Assembly: GCF_000143415.4 (NCBI RefSeq) | Contig: NW_003314429.1 | Location: 1-64,000 of the forward strand | Origin: Selaginella moellendorffii | Lineage: Eukaryota > Plantae > Lycopodiophyta | Length of the DNA: 64,000 nucleotides | Direction: 5' to 3' | Shown: positions 38,915 to 50,454 of the stretch, in pieces | How the letters are laid out: the number at the start of each line of letters is the position of its first letter | Position numbering within the stretch: position 1 is the stretch's first letter | Program-made: the position numbers and the translations under genes | Notes under the pieces: model-generated | Told to the model about the DNA's origin: nothing | What the model saw: the letters and a program-made list of their open reading frames with translations, nothing else | The model's database searches: none

Positions 38915-39208
38915 AGCATTAGAAGGAAGAAAAAAGAGTTTTTGTTGTAAAGAGTACCTTAAGATTGGAGCTTGGAGAGTGCTGCGCGGAGAGCTTGGAA
39001 TTGCCGGCATGGCGACGACGAGGGATCATCGAAGCTGGTAAGAACATCCCAAGAACTAGCATTAGAAGAAGAAAAAAAGAGCTTTTGCTGTAAAAAGAGT
39101 ACCTTGTGCTAAGGGCGGGCAATGGAGCTGCGGGAGAGTGCTGCGCGGCAAGAGCTCGGAATTGCCTGGCAAAAATCATCGATGGCGACGACGAATCGAA
39201 GCTGGCTG
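38889..39208 (+). repeat. ~150-bp tandem duplication spanning the RPL3 stop and the PPR start
   Basis: AAGAACATCCC(C)AAGAACTAG...GAGAGTGCTGCGCGG...ATGGCGACGACGA...TCGAAGCTGG occurs twice. Confidence 0.85.
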
Positions 39209-40891
39209 CTGGCGGCGTCCAAGGCTTGCAGCGACAGTGACAAGGCGAGGCAAATTCACAGCGCGGCCGTGGCGAGCGGGCACGACCGAGACGTGGTTGT
39301 GTCAAGCGCGCTTGTGACCATGTATGCCAAGTGTGGAGCCCTGCGAGAAGCTTGCACCGTCTTCCACTCCATCCCCAGTACCGCTCGCGACGTCGTCTCG
39401 TGGACGGCGCTCATGCTCGCGCACGCCAGCAATGGCGCCGAGGAGCTCGCCCTCCAGATCTTCACCACCATGATCCGCCACCACTGCGCTCCGGACGCCC
39501 AGAGCTTCGTCGTGGCACTCAAGGCTTGCACCAAGCTGGCGGCCAAGGAGAGTTCTTGCACCACGACGAAGATGGCGAGCTTGGAGAGAGGCATGGCTCT
39601 TCACTGCCAGGCGGCCAAGAGCGGCTGCGAGCTCCACCTGTTCGTGGCCAGCAGCCTGGTGGACATGTACTCCAAGTGCGGCTGCATGGAGGAGGCGGCC
39701 AGAGTGTTCGAAAGAATGCCCGCTCGCAACGTCGTCTCCTGGACTGCGCTCATCCACGGCTATGCCAGCAATGGAGACGGGCTCAAGAGCTTGGAGCTGC
39801 TGGAGCGGATGATCCCCCTGTGCCGCCCAAACTCCCAGACAATCGTCGCCGCGCTCAAGGCGTGCTCGAGCTTGGCCGCCCAAGAACAGGCCCAGCCTCT
39901 GATGGCTGACAGTCCAGTGACCATGATCAAGGTGGCGGCGCTGGCGCGAGGCTTTGCGATCCACTCGCGGCTGATACAACCCGCTGCTGTCGATGACGTC
40001 CTGGTTGCAAACACTCTGCTCGATCTCTACGCAAAGTGTGGCAGCATGAGCGACGCCCAGCGCGTGTTTGACAGCATTCCATCGAGCTCCAAGACGGTGG
40101 TGTCGTGGAACGCACTGATGCTGGGATACGTCCACAACGGGAGCGCTGCCACTGCTCTCGATGCCTTTGCGAGAATGCCGGACTGTGGCCTGGAGCCCGA
40201 CGCTCACACCTTCGCAATCCTTGTCAATGCGTGTGGAAGCTGCGCGGCCGTGGAGCTTGGGAGATTCATCCACAGGGAAGCATGCCGGCTTGGGGTCCTA
40301 GAACAATTAGCGAGCGCTTCTTCTTCTTCCAGCATCGTGGTCGCAAACTCGCTGGTGGATTTCTATGCCAAGTGTGGGAGCCTGGAACACGCCCAAGCCC
40401 TGCTCGATTCGTGCGCCAATCGCGACGTGGTGACATGGTCCGCGCTGCTCGACGGCTACGCGCGCCTCGGCGACATGGATCTCCTCTTGGCCTCGCTGCG
40501 CCAGATGCTGGACGAGGGATTGGAGCCCAGCAGCGTCACATTCCTGTCGCTGCTCACGGCGTGCAGCCATGCCGGCCTGGTGGAGCGATGCAAGCAGCTC
40601 CTGGCCAAGATCCCCCGAAATCTGCAATCGCTGGAGCACTACCACATCCTGATCGATGCCCTGGGCCGCGCGAATCAGCTCGGAGAAGCCCTCACGCTGG
40701 TGGAGGCGATGCCCTTCGATCCCGACCCCGTTACCTGGCTCACGCTCCTCTCGGCCGCTCGCAAGTGGAACAATCTGGGCGTGGCATCGCTCGCCTTCCA
40801 AATGCTGGTGGCAATCGATCGCGACCACGCCCACGCAGCCTCCGCCTACGTGCTCATGGCCAATACGGCCACCATAGCTGAGAAGAACTAG
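39122..40891 (+). CDS. PLS-class PPR protein with E domain (intronless, 589 aa)
   Basis: LVxMYAKCG and VVSWTAL repeats; LLTACSHAG; AYVLMAN. Confidence 0.95.
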   Translation: MELRESAARQELGIAWQKSSMATTNRSWLLAASKACSDSDKARQIHSAAVASGHDRDVVVSSALVTMYAKCGALREACTVFHSIPSTARDVVSWTALMLAHASNGAEELALQIFTTMIRHHCAPDAQSFVVALKACTKLAAKESSCTTTKMASLERGMALHCQAAKSGCELHLFVASSLVDMYSKCGCMEEAARVFERMPARNVVSWTALIHGYASNGDGLKSLELLERMIPLCRPNSQTIVAALKACSSLAAQEQAQPLMADSPVTMIKVAALARGFAIHSRLIQPAAVDDVLVANTLLDLYAKCGSMSDAQRVFDSIPSSSKTVVSWNALMLGYVHNGSAATALDAFARMPDCGLEPDAHTFAILVNACGSCAAVELGRFIHREACRLGVLEQLASASSSSSIVVANSLVDFYAKCGSLEHAQALLDSCANRDVVTWSALLDGYARLGDMDLLLASLRQMLDEGLEPSSVTFLSLLTACSHAGLVERCKQLLAKIPRNLQSLEHYHILIDALGRANQLGEALTLVEAMPFDPDPVTWLTLLSAARKWNNLGVASLAFQMLVAIDRDHAHAASAYVLMANTATIAEKN

Positions 40892-40989
40892 GTTTAAGTA
40901 AGGACCCAATTCCAGGTTCTTTTATTTATAGCCGCTCAACCCTAGCTAGACGCTAGGGCAGACCGGAGAGCGCCAAGCTCCGCCTCGCT

Positions 40990-42532
40990 ATGGCTACCAG
41001 TGTCGCCAGCGTCTATCTCCATGTCATGGAGGACGTGATCAACAATGTCCGCGCGGATTTCCAAGCGGAGAATGTGGAGGAGAGCGTACTCAACGATCTC
41101 CAGTCGGTAAATTTCTTCCTCCTTCCTTCTCCCTTTGCTCTCGATCGGGAGAGCTGAGCGATATTACGCAGCTGTGGGAGCTCAAGATGATTCAATCGGG
41201 TACCATTTCTCCCGGCGAGATCCCCCAGAACCTAGGCGTTAGGAACGCTGCTGCGCAAGCAACCTCGGTCCAGGACCTCAACATCCCTTACCAAGCAAGC
41301 GAAGAGTTCACTCCTACAGCCGAGCTCCTCTTCTCACCGGTAAGTGAGGACAGAGAGATCCCTTTCCTCTTCCAAGAAAAAAAAAAGGCTTTTAACCGTG
41401 ACATTGCTTGCTTGGCAGTACTCCACGCCAACACCTGGTCCGGATCAAACACCCATTGCTGACAAGGGCGGTGGCGATGTAACACTAGTCTTTCTCTTCT
41501 TGCTCGCTCGGCTTGGTGTACTAATGGCTTGTACAGGATTCACACAATCACCGAGGAGTGGACGTTAATGTCGGTATGTTTCCGATGCACAGGGAAGAAG
41601 ATGAAAGATAAATCTAACGCGGTTTCATTCTTCTCTGTCTCTCTGTTTTTTTTAAGCTTACCAGGAGGGTCAGGAAGACGAAGAGAATGGTTCCGGACAA
41701 GGCCCTGTTACCAAAGTAAATTCTTTGCAATGCCCGCTTTGGCTTGGTTAATGTCGAGCTTTGGCAGGACTTCTTTACACTTACATCAGGAAAGAGAAAG
41801 CGGGACGACTTACCCGCGAACTATTTTCCTGGAGACTATATTCCCCAGCATGACGGAGCCGCAGATACCCCTGAGGTGGAGTTCCATACTTCTTTTTCTT
41901 TTATCATCCTTACAGATATTGGTTTCCAGGAAACTCGAAGGCCGAGCATCCCTCAACACGATGGGGCAGATGACAATTATGATGATGAAGTGCGTGTGTT
42001 TGCTCTGCTGGTAGATTGTTGTTAACATGGGTTCTTTTGTAGGTTGCCCAAGAAGACTACAATGAGCCTGGCGACGAAGGTTAACAGTTGTATCCACAGT
42101 GCCTGTCTTCATGGCTTTTTGTTTATGAATGTAGAACATCCGCAGCCGGCTAACGAGACTCTGGTAGCGACAGCAACACAAGTGGAAGGTGTGGAATCCG
42201 AAGGATCGGAGCCTCCCTTGAATGAACAAGATGACGATGAGGAGGACGAGTTAAACGACATCGATCAAGCCGGTGAGGAGCCAAAGACAAGTCATCTCGT
42301 ACTAGCGCAGTTTGAGAAGGTTTGGCTGTTTGAAGTTTGAGCCACTTGCAATGCAGTTGACTTTGTCTTAGCAGGTAACTAGATCAAAGAGCAAGTGGAA
42401 ATGTATCCTGAAGGATGGGATTATGCACCTCAATAATCGTGACATTCTTTTTGTAAAGGTGTGAATTTGATTCATGTTCTACCCTCTCAATTCACTCTCT
42501 TTTTCCAGGCAAATGGAGAGTTCGATTTTTAA
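40990..42532 (+). CDS. TFIIA-L: Transcription initiation factor IIA large (alpha/beta) subunit, multi-exon
   Basis: MATSVASVYLHVMEDVINNVR; LWELKMIQSG; QDLNIPY; IPQHDG; HLVLAQFEK|VTRSKSKWKCILKDGIMHLNNRDILF..ANGEFDF*. Confidence 0.95.
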
Positions 42533-42640
42533 ACGTTGTTCGTTTAGCTGAGCCTAAATAAAGGGTTTTATTTATTGTTGAAGTTCTCCCACTCTTCTGA
42601 GGTTTTGGTTTTTAAGATAGGGCGACGTGCATAGTTGAGA

Positions 42641-44675
42641 ATGGCGGCCAATGCGTTTCACAGGTGAGCTCGGTTGAATTCCACTTTTTTTGTGCCTAAG
42701 TGATGGTACCCAACAGGTTTGTTGTGCCCACTCATTCTCATCTCTTTCAACAGCAGCAGCAACAGCACGAAGGGCCTTTGCTTCGAGTTCTTCATCGCCG
42801 AAAACCACTGAGAACCTTCGTCGCTGCCAGGTGCGATCGTACAGCGTCTCCTTTGCGAACTTAACCAGCGCGTTTTACAGGAAAGACATAGCTTCCACGA
42901 CGTCGAGTAGTACCCACTTGGAGAAAACAGCAGAAGTTGTCGCTGTAGATGAACTCAAGAAGGATCTGGACGGCCTGCGCGAGAAGCTGGCCAATCTGAT
43001 TGAACAAGGTGAAGAAGAATATGCGGAGGCTTTGCTCGACGCCAATTACAAGGTTCTGAAGCGTCAGCTGGACGGCGGTGAGCAAGGAATTGAGCAGGCG
43101 GCTCTGCTAGATGTTCTTGCTCAAGGTCATCTGGACATGGGGGACGTTGAAGGCGCTGCACCACTTCTTACACAGGTACATTTTATTTCTAAGGCCTTTG
43201 AAATGGAACTTTTTCTGTTACAGTTGACACAACTTATGGAGAAGCACCACTTTGACAGTGCTAAACCAGAACCTCTTGTTGATAAAGTTGTGGAGCATAT
43301 GGCTGCTATGTATGCAACCCTGGATCAACCCGACCGGGCTATAGAGCTGTACGAGCGATGTCTTCGCATGCAGGAAGACTTGTACGGTGGTAAAAGTCTT
43401 ATTTTTTCTATTTCATCCTTACCTGCTCTATCTTACGATCGCTTTTTCTGAATAGGGAACGACAGCCCACTCCTCGTCAATGCGCTTTTTGGTTACGCAG
43501 CTGCTTGCAAAGATGCTGGTCATTTGGATAAGAGCACCGAACAGTACATTCGGGCGATTGCAATATTGGAGAAAGCAAACGGGCCGGACAGCCAGATTTT
43601 GGTTCTCCCGCTCCAGCATCTTGGTCTCGCTCTTTTGGAACGTGGCAATCACGTTGAGGCAGAGCAAACGTTGAGCAGGTATTGATTCTGGTGAGTGGTA
43701 TTCCTCTCACACTTCTTTTGTTTCTCCTCCAGAGCTCTTAAGCTTGCAAAGGAGAAACCCAACGATGGACGGGTTGGAGTTGTAATGTCGTCATTGGCGC
43801 AAGCAAAGTACATGACTGGTATGATAATTTTGTACACTCTGCTCCTTTCTCATACGAAACAATATTCACAGGTGACAACGAGGCATCGGCAGATTTGTTT
43901 CGTGAAGCTTTGAGAGTGATGGAGAGGAGTACGACGCCAGATCCACTACTTATCGAGTCGATGAGAACAGACTTTTCAATGGTGTTGACAGTCCTGGAAA
44001 GGTGTGGCACACGATCTTTCGCTTTTGTTGTTGATTTCACCTCGTGTTGTCTACTCACCAGGCACAAGGAAGCACAGGAGGTTTTGGAAGACAACGTACA
44101 TGCTGTCCAGAATAGGCTCGGGTCAAGTGACATTGGGCTCTTTGTGCACATGAAGAATCTGGCAGTGTCTCACGCCAACTGTGGCAACCTCGTCAAATGC
44201 GAGTCTCTAATGCGGAGATGCTTACAATTGGCCACTGCTCACTACGGTCCTAATGCACCGGAGCTATCTGGAGCGCTAGAGATGCTTGCCACGCTCCTGC
44301 ACCACATGGAAAGGCACACCGAAGCGGAGCCTTTGGCTCGTCAGTCTCTGCTCTTGTGCGAGGCCAGATATGGGAGGGAGCACCCGTTCTCAGGTACAAC
44401 ACTTGTAAGTAGGCTCCTTTCGTGGTGTGACACAATGGTGCATGCATGCAGGTGACGCTTGCAACACTCTAGCAGCAATACTGTTCGCTCTGGAGAGATT
44501 CCCGGAGGCTCATGTCTTAATGAGTAGAGTGCTCGACATCCAGACCAGGGAGCTAGGCCCTTACGATCCACTGGTTGGCAAGACGCTCGAGTACCTGGTG
44601 ATGATCAACTCCAAGCTGGGCAGGGACTCAACGCAGTTGCTTAAAAAGCTCAAGGACATTCAAGGTGACAAGTGA
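42641..44675 (+). CDS. TPR-repeat (kinesin-light-chain/NPHP3-like) protein, probably organelle-targeted
   Basis: Helical repeats AIELYERCLRMQEDLYG and AEPLARQSLLLCEARYGREHP; GT-AG introns; N-terminal presequence-like segment. Confidence 0.8.
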
Positions 44676-44694
44676 GAAGCCGCGGCCTGCCTGA

Positions 44695-45292
44695 TCAGAT
44701 GAAGAGCTTGAGCACATCATCCACGGCAATATTGGCAGCCTCTCCGGGATACTCCACGATAAGCTTTCTCACCCTGAGGTTGTCAGCGAACAAGACGAAG
44801 CGCCGGCCCCGGACGCCCATCCCGTGCCTGGTCAAGTCGATGTCCATACCCAATGCTTTGGTGAAGGTTGCGGAGCCATCGGCAAGGAAACGAACGGCAT
44901 CGTTGTTGTCCGCGAACGTCTTGGACCACTGATGGGTGACGAAGGGATCGTTCACTGCAGTCACGAGAGTTATAAGTTTTGAGCAGCAGCAGCCAGGTAC
45001 CTGTCAAGCAGTAGATGTTTGTGATGCCTTTGGCATGGAGACTGGGTGCTTTGGTGATGTAGCCAGGGATGTGTTCTACGCTGGAGAGACGCAAAGAATA
45101 AGAAGAGATCAAGCAGGATCGAGGAAAGAAAGTTACTTGCCTGCAACTTGGAGTGTAGGCACCTGGAACTCCGAGCAGCAAGACGCGCTTGTGAGCAAAT
45201 AGGTGGCGGATGGACAGGATATGGAGGATGCGAGTAGCGGCGTCGATGTGATAGAGGATCCCGTCGGGGAGAGTGTCTCCCAGTTGGATCAT
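44695..45292 (-). CDS. Type II peroxiredoxin (Prx5-like), 3 exons
   Basis: GVPGAYTPSC|SVEHIPGY; YCLT|VNDPFV; FLADGSATFTKALG; GVRGRRF. Confidence 0.93.
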
Positions 45293-45412
45293 GGATCCAG
45301 AGGCTAGAGGGAGGGAGCACAACTGCAAGGAAGAAGAACGAATATGCTACAGGTAGCGTCGTTTATATATAACAATTGGTTTGTTACATCTCTTTCTCTC
45401 TCGCAGTGTCTA

Positions 45413-47611
45413 TCACTCCTGGATGATGTCCTCGATGCTCACGGGTGGAAGCGACGCAAACGATGGCCTGGGCTTAGCCTTGGGCAATGGCGGAAGCGTC
45501 ATCTCCCCGCACAGGATCTGGACTGCCTGCTTCATGCTGGGCCGAGAAGTTGGATCCGGGTGGCAGCAAAGCAATCCCACCTGGAGCAGTAGCAGCATCT
45601 CCACTTGCTCGAACTCGCCACCCAGCTTGGGATCCGCCGCTTGGAGGAGCTTCCCATTCCTGTGGAGTCCCCACGCCCAGTCCACCAACACTCTGGAGCT
45701 GCTCGACGATGATCCACTCGACTCCTCCGTCGCATTGTCTTCCTCCTCGGTTATCGGCCTTCGACCGCTGGCAACCTCGAGCGCCACGATTCCAAAGCTG
45801 AAGACGTCCGTCTTGTCCGTGGCCTTGCCGGTGTGGAGATACTCGGGTGCCAGGTAGCCGACGGTCCCGGCGGTGATGGTCGTCTCGGGGCTACTGTCGT
45901 GCTCCATCAACCTCGCCAGGCCGAAGTCCCCCAGCCGGGCATTCAAGTTGGCGTCGAGCATGATGTTGCTGGCTTTCACGTCCCGGTGCACGACTTGCTG
46001 CTCCCACTCGCTGTGAAGATAGGCCAGCGCGCTGCCAATCCCGACCACCACCTTAAAGCGCACGCTCCACTTCAAAGCACTGCTCGAGGCGCTCTTGTCG
46101 AAGAGGAGCTTGTCCAGGCTTCCATTGGGCATGAAGTCGTAGACGAGGAGGAGCTCGTTCTTCTCGCGGCACCAGCCTTGGAGCTGGACAAGGTTGCGGT
46201 GGCGGAGACAGCCGATGATGGAGAGCTCCGACATAAACTCCTCGCGGCCGTGCTTGCTCCCGCGGTTGGCTCTCTTCACCGCCACCTCCACCTCGACTAT
46301 CTCATCGCTCGTCGGTGCCTCGCTCTTCATGTCCACTGGTAGCAACCGGAGGCGACCCTTGTAGACCGTCCCAAACGCACCGTACCCGAGCACCTGGCTG
46401 AATCCTTTGGTGGCGCAGCTCAGCTCCTTGAACGTGAATCTCCTCGGCCCGCTGTGCAAGTTCGACGATATCCTGCTGATCATCTTCTTGCTGTTCAAGT
46501 CGTCCGAGGATGAAGATCTTTCCTTCCCACGCCTGAAACAACAGAGACTCCCAAGGCACGAGCAGAGTTTGGACGGCTTGCTGCCACCACCCAAGTCGAG
46601 ATCGTGGCGATTCGTCCGCGTCGCCCTGCTGCTGCAAGTCAGCCACAAGATCATGCTCACTATCACTGCTCCAGCTATGGCGGACGCCGTCGACACTGCC
46701 AGGAACCTGGTTGTGGCAGCCATGCAAAGCTTGCGAGCGCATCTCGTCGAAGTCTCCCGCTCCGGTTGATTTCCCTGGCCAAGATCCGGAGGAGCAGCAG
46801 CCGCCACTGCCGCAGCTGGAGGTCGAGCATCATCCAGATGTTCGAGGCCAGAGCTAGAGAATTGCCACGAGTGGAGCGAGTGGAGCTCGATGTTTCCTCC
46901 GGTGGCGGCCGAGAATCCAACGAACATGTACTCGTCCAGGACAGCGTACAGGTTGACGCTGAGTGACAAGAGCCGCTTCTGCGGCATTTGCTCCGCGTTG
47001 TAGCTCAAGCTCACCTCCATCTCCTGGCGGCCGCTGTCGTACTGGATCCACGCCGTGATGGGTCGCCCGCTCTTGAGCTCCACTCGCTCCGACCCGGCGT
47101 CCGCGAACTCGAGCGACACCATGCTATCCACATCCACGCCGACGTGGTTGTCGTTTGGATCCATGAACTCCACGTTGAGGAAGGTGTCGAATTCCACGGC
47201 GAGGCTGTGCTGCGTGGTGGGCGGCGGCGGCCTCCCTGCCGGTGCCGAGGCCGAGAGGAATCCCAGCCATCCTCCGGGGCCGCCCTGGGTGGTGTTGCTG
47301 GGAGCGAAGATGAAGGCGAGGCCATCGCCAAAGTGGACAGCGTCGGTGTTGGTGATGGAGAAGGTGAAGGAGGTGTTGAAGGAGGCGGTGGCGTTGCTCG
47401 CCCGGTCCACCAGCCTGATGGGCGATGGGAAGAGCGCTCTCCCGGAGCTCAGGCCCCCGCTGCTGTCCTTGGTCAGCTCGATGCTCCCGTTGCGCAGGAA
47501 CGCATCGCCCAGCAGCGACATGCTCCCCTGCTGGAACTCTTGCAGCAAGATGTCCGCCGATTCCACCATCACCAGCGCCATCATCAGCAGCAGCCCATTA
47601 CATCTCCTCAT
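45413..47611 (-). CDS. L-type lectin receptor-like kinase (intronless)
   Basis: Signal peptide; legume lectin (GDGLAFIF, AVEFDT, NHVGVDV, VGFSAATG); TM; kinase GYGAFGTVYKG, HRDVKASN, DFG, GTVGYLAPE. Confidence 0.97.
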   Translation of the reverse strand: MRRCNGLLLMMALVMVESADILLQEFQQGSMSLLGDAFLRNGSIELTKDSSGGLSSGRALFPSPIRLVDRASNATASFNTSFTFSITNTDAVHFGDGLAFIFAPSNTTQGGPGGWLGFLSASAPAGRPPPPTTQHSLAVEFDTFLNVEFMDPNDNHVGVDVDSMVSLEFADAGSERVELKSGRPITAWIQYDSGRQEMEVSLSYNAEQMPQKRLLSLSVNLYAVLDEYMFVGFSAATGGNIELHSLHSWQFSSSGLEHLDDARPPAAAVAAAAPPDLGQGNQPERETSTRCARKLCMAATTRFLAVSTASAIAGAVIVSMILWLTCSSRATRTNRHDLDLGGGSKPSKLCSCLGSLCCFRRGKERSSSSDDLNSKKMISRISSNLHSGPRRFTFKELSCATKGFSQVLGYGAFGTVYKGRLRLLPVDMKSEAPTSDEIVEVEVAVKRANRGSKHGREEFMSELSIIGCLRHRNLVQLQGWCREKNELLLVYDFMPNGSLDKLLFDKSASSSALKWSVRFKVVVGIGSALAYLHSEWEQQVVHRDVKASNIMLDANLNARLGDFGLARLMEHDSSPETTITAGTVGYLAPEYLHTGKATDKTDVFSFGIVALEVASGRRPITEEEDNATEESSGSSSSSSRVLVDWAWGLHRNGKLLQAADPKLGGEFEQVEMLLLLQVGLLCCHPDPTSRPSMKQAVQILCGEMTLPPLPKAKPRPSFASLPPVSIEDIIQE

Positions 47612-47913
47612 TGCTGTCGATCCAACTATAAACTGTGAGCTACTTCAAGCTCGCGATTCTCCACGAACCAATACTACCATAGCCATAGCTTGAAGGAAGC
47701 TACAGTGGTTTGGAGGATTGGATACTGCGAAGCTGGAGAGAGAGTATACAACGGTCACATTTGACCAAAGCTAGCCATGCTAGAGATAGAGGGCATAATC
47801 AATTCTATTCAAAGCGAGACGAGCACTTTCGCTCAAACCAAACGTTGCACGGCACGGCCGCATGCGCTGCTGCTTCTACTTTTGATCGATCCATCCCTGT
47901 ACAGTCGTTTCGT

Positions 47914-49215
47914 TTAGTGCTGCAAATAGTTGGCCAGCAGCACATAAGTTCCATCTTTGTGGGGATCCAGCTCCAAAACTCCTCGGGCTGCTCGAGCACC
48001 GTGTTCCTCCTTGCCAGTTTTACCACTCCCTAGCAAGCTCGTCCAGTCCTGCGCATCCGGTGCAAACGGCATGTTTGTGACGAGCTCCCCGGCGTCGTCC
48101 AAGTACCCCCCGCGGCTCAAGAGATCGAGCATGAGCGAGTAGTGCTGCTTTCGGGGTGCCACATTGTAGTCGGGAGCCATGGAGAAGAAGTGGGAGCAGC
48201 CCGAGCGGACGCTCCCGGCGTGGTTGCACGCCAAGAGCACGCACACAAAGGCAACGTCGTCGGGCATGGTGGTCATCTTCATGCTGCTGAAGAGCTCCAG
48301 AGCGTCGGTCCATTGGCCGGTGTGAGCGTAAGCACAGAGCATCACAGTCCACGACACGACACTCAGTTCTGGCATCGCGAGGAACACCCGAGTGGCAGCG
48401 TCAATATGCCCGTCTTGGGCATAGCCACCAGCAATGCAGTTCCACGACACGCTGCTGCGCTCCTCCATGCCGAAGAAAACTTGACTCGCCTCGTCCATAT
48501 GCCCTCTCTGTGTGTACGCCGAGAGAATTGCATTGTAGGAAACCACGTCCCTCTCTGGCATCGCATCAAACACCTGCCGTGCATCCTCTACATGCCCGTT
48601 TTGGGCATACGCACACAGCATCGCGGTCCACGAAACTATGCTTCTCTCCTTCATGCAGTCGAAAATATCGCGAGCATCCGGCACAAGCTGGGCTTCCGCA
48701 TACGCGTCTAGCATGGGCGTCCAGGAGCAGAGATCCCATTCGGGCATTGAATCAAACACGAGCTTTGCCTCGTCAAGATCCCCGTCTCGGGCAAATGCAG
48801 AGAGGATTGCATTCCAGGTGATCATGTTCCTCTCCGGCATCGCGTCGAACACCACCTTGGCCTCGTCCGTGAGGTTGTGGTGTAAGAAAGCACTCAGCAT
48901 TGCATTCCAGGAAACCAAATTCCACTCTTTCATGCTATCAAACACGCGCTTGGCTTCCTCCAGATGCCCAGTGCGGGCATATGCAGTGATCATCCGGACC
49001 CACGAGTACAAGTCCTTGTGCACGATCGAATCGAAAACACGGCGTGCGTGCTGCGCGCTGCCACATCTCCCGTACAGCTCCAGCAGCCTGTTGCTCGCGA
49101 ACGCGTCGGTCCCGCCGCCGAAAATGTTCTGGGCGCGATGCTCCAGCTTCCTGGCGGCGGGCAAAGAATTACAAGAGGCAATGAGGTGGAGGCACTCGTT
49201 TCTATCCAGCGGCAT
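47914..49215 (-). CDS. PLS-class PPR protein with E domain (intronless)
   Basis: VFDAMPERxxVSW repeats; LLACNHAG; TYVLLANY. Confidence 0.93.
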   Translation of the reverse strand: MPLDRNECLHLIASCNSLPAARKLEHRAQNIFGGGTDAFASNRLLELYGRCGSAQHARRVFDSIVHKDLYSWVRMITAYARTGHLEEAKRVFDSMKEWNLVSWNAMLSAFLHHNLTDEAKVVFDAMPERNMITWNAILSAFARDGDLDEAKLVFDSMPEWDLCSWTPMLDAYAEAQLVPDARDIFDCMKERSIVSWTAMLCAYAQNGHVEDARQVFDAMPERDVVSYNAILSAYTQRGHMDEASQVFFGMEERSSVSWNCIAGGYAQDGHIDAATRVFLAMPELSVVSWTVMLCAYAHTGQWTDALELFSSMKMTTMPDDVAFVCVLLACNHAGSVRSGCSHFFSMAPDYNVAPRKQHYSLMLDLLSRGGYLDDAGELVTNMPFAPDAQDWTSLLGSGKTGKEEHGARAARGVLELDPHKDGTYVLLANYLQH

Positions 49216-49239
49216 TCTAGCGGGCAAGAAACCCTAGCA

Positions 49240-50340
49240 ATGGCGGTGGGACTGGGATCTGGGGCGAGCGTCGCCATCCACCTCTCAGGTTCTATGAGAT
49301 CTCCGAGCTAGCTAGCAGGGATTGGATTCTTTCTCTTTCCAGTTCCCAGGAGAAAGTTCTTTCACACGCGCGCTTCGCAATGGGGGTACCACGAAGTGTC
49401 CACCAAGTTTGTGGATGATACCATTTGTGAGCTGCTCGCTACAAGCGAGGCCAGGGCAAGCCAGGTGAGATCCTTCCTCTCAATGCTCTTTCTCACGAGA
49501 GCTTGAATCTACTCAAGGTGGTGCTATGCTCGACAATGGATCAACCAAAGCTCCATCGCTTGGCGACATGGAGCGCTCTTGCTCCTCTTGTCATCTTCGA
49601 TGTCTCTCCTTCGACTTCCAAGCATGGTAATCTCCAGTTCTTTTCTATCGAACTTAAGTTTTTCTTTGGAACGTAGATGTGCCTTCAAGGAAGAACAAGA
49701 ACTTCGTGCTCCGGCATGTAACTTGCGATTCACTCCACGAAGATTGGACTCCAGCGCTCGTTGAAGCTGGATATAGGGGAGATCGGCCCAGCATTTGGGC
49801 TTTACAGGTTTGATACTTCGCGAAGATATGGATCCATTACTTGTGTGATTTCTTTCTTCCTGTATCTAGTCCAGGGCCTGGATTTATGTTCGAACGATCT
49901 ACTTGGGGGCGTGAGCACACATGCCATGAAAGGTTCGTACATCATAGGCGATGTCCTCCGTGGAGCACTGCTACAAAACTTTCCTTCTGCTGTGAGTGTT
50001 TTCATTCCTCTTCGAACTTTCCATCGTTTAAAAGGTTTTCTAGGCAGGCAAAAGCCGAGAAAGTGTTGCTGCAACGGAAGTTACTCGGCTATGGTCTTGA
50101 AACCGAGGTGGCCCACACTTTATCTTGCGGAGGGGATGACTACGTGTTTTTCGTCTCTAAGCAATTGCGTTTATCAGTCGAACAGGTGCCTCTCTTTCTC
50201 GTGTTCTTGCCAGCGCGGATTTACCTCTGTTGCTCGTCACAGGTGTGCTACGGTCTCAAAGAGATTGAGATGGCCGAAGAAGTGGAAGAAGATGGTTTTG
50301 AAGACTGGTAGCACGGCAAAATCCAGGAGAATGTGATTGC
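49240..50340 (+). CDS. Uncharacterised multi-exon gene, possibly plastid-targeted; 3' structure uncertain
   Basis: ATG after a telo-box; GT-AG junctions at ~49289/49341 and ~49465; exon peptide RKFFHTRASQWGYHEV. Confidence 0.4.
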
Positions 50341-50454
50341 TAGCGATTGATGGATCAGGTATCTCTTTGTCGTGCTCTTGTGTGAGGTGTGTTAAGGTCT
50401 CGAAGATGGCCGAAGTGGACTTACACGCATGATATATAGACTGGAAGTTACAGG

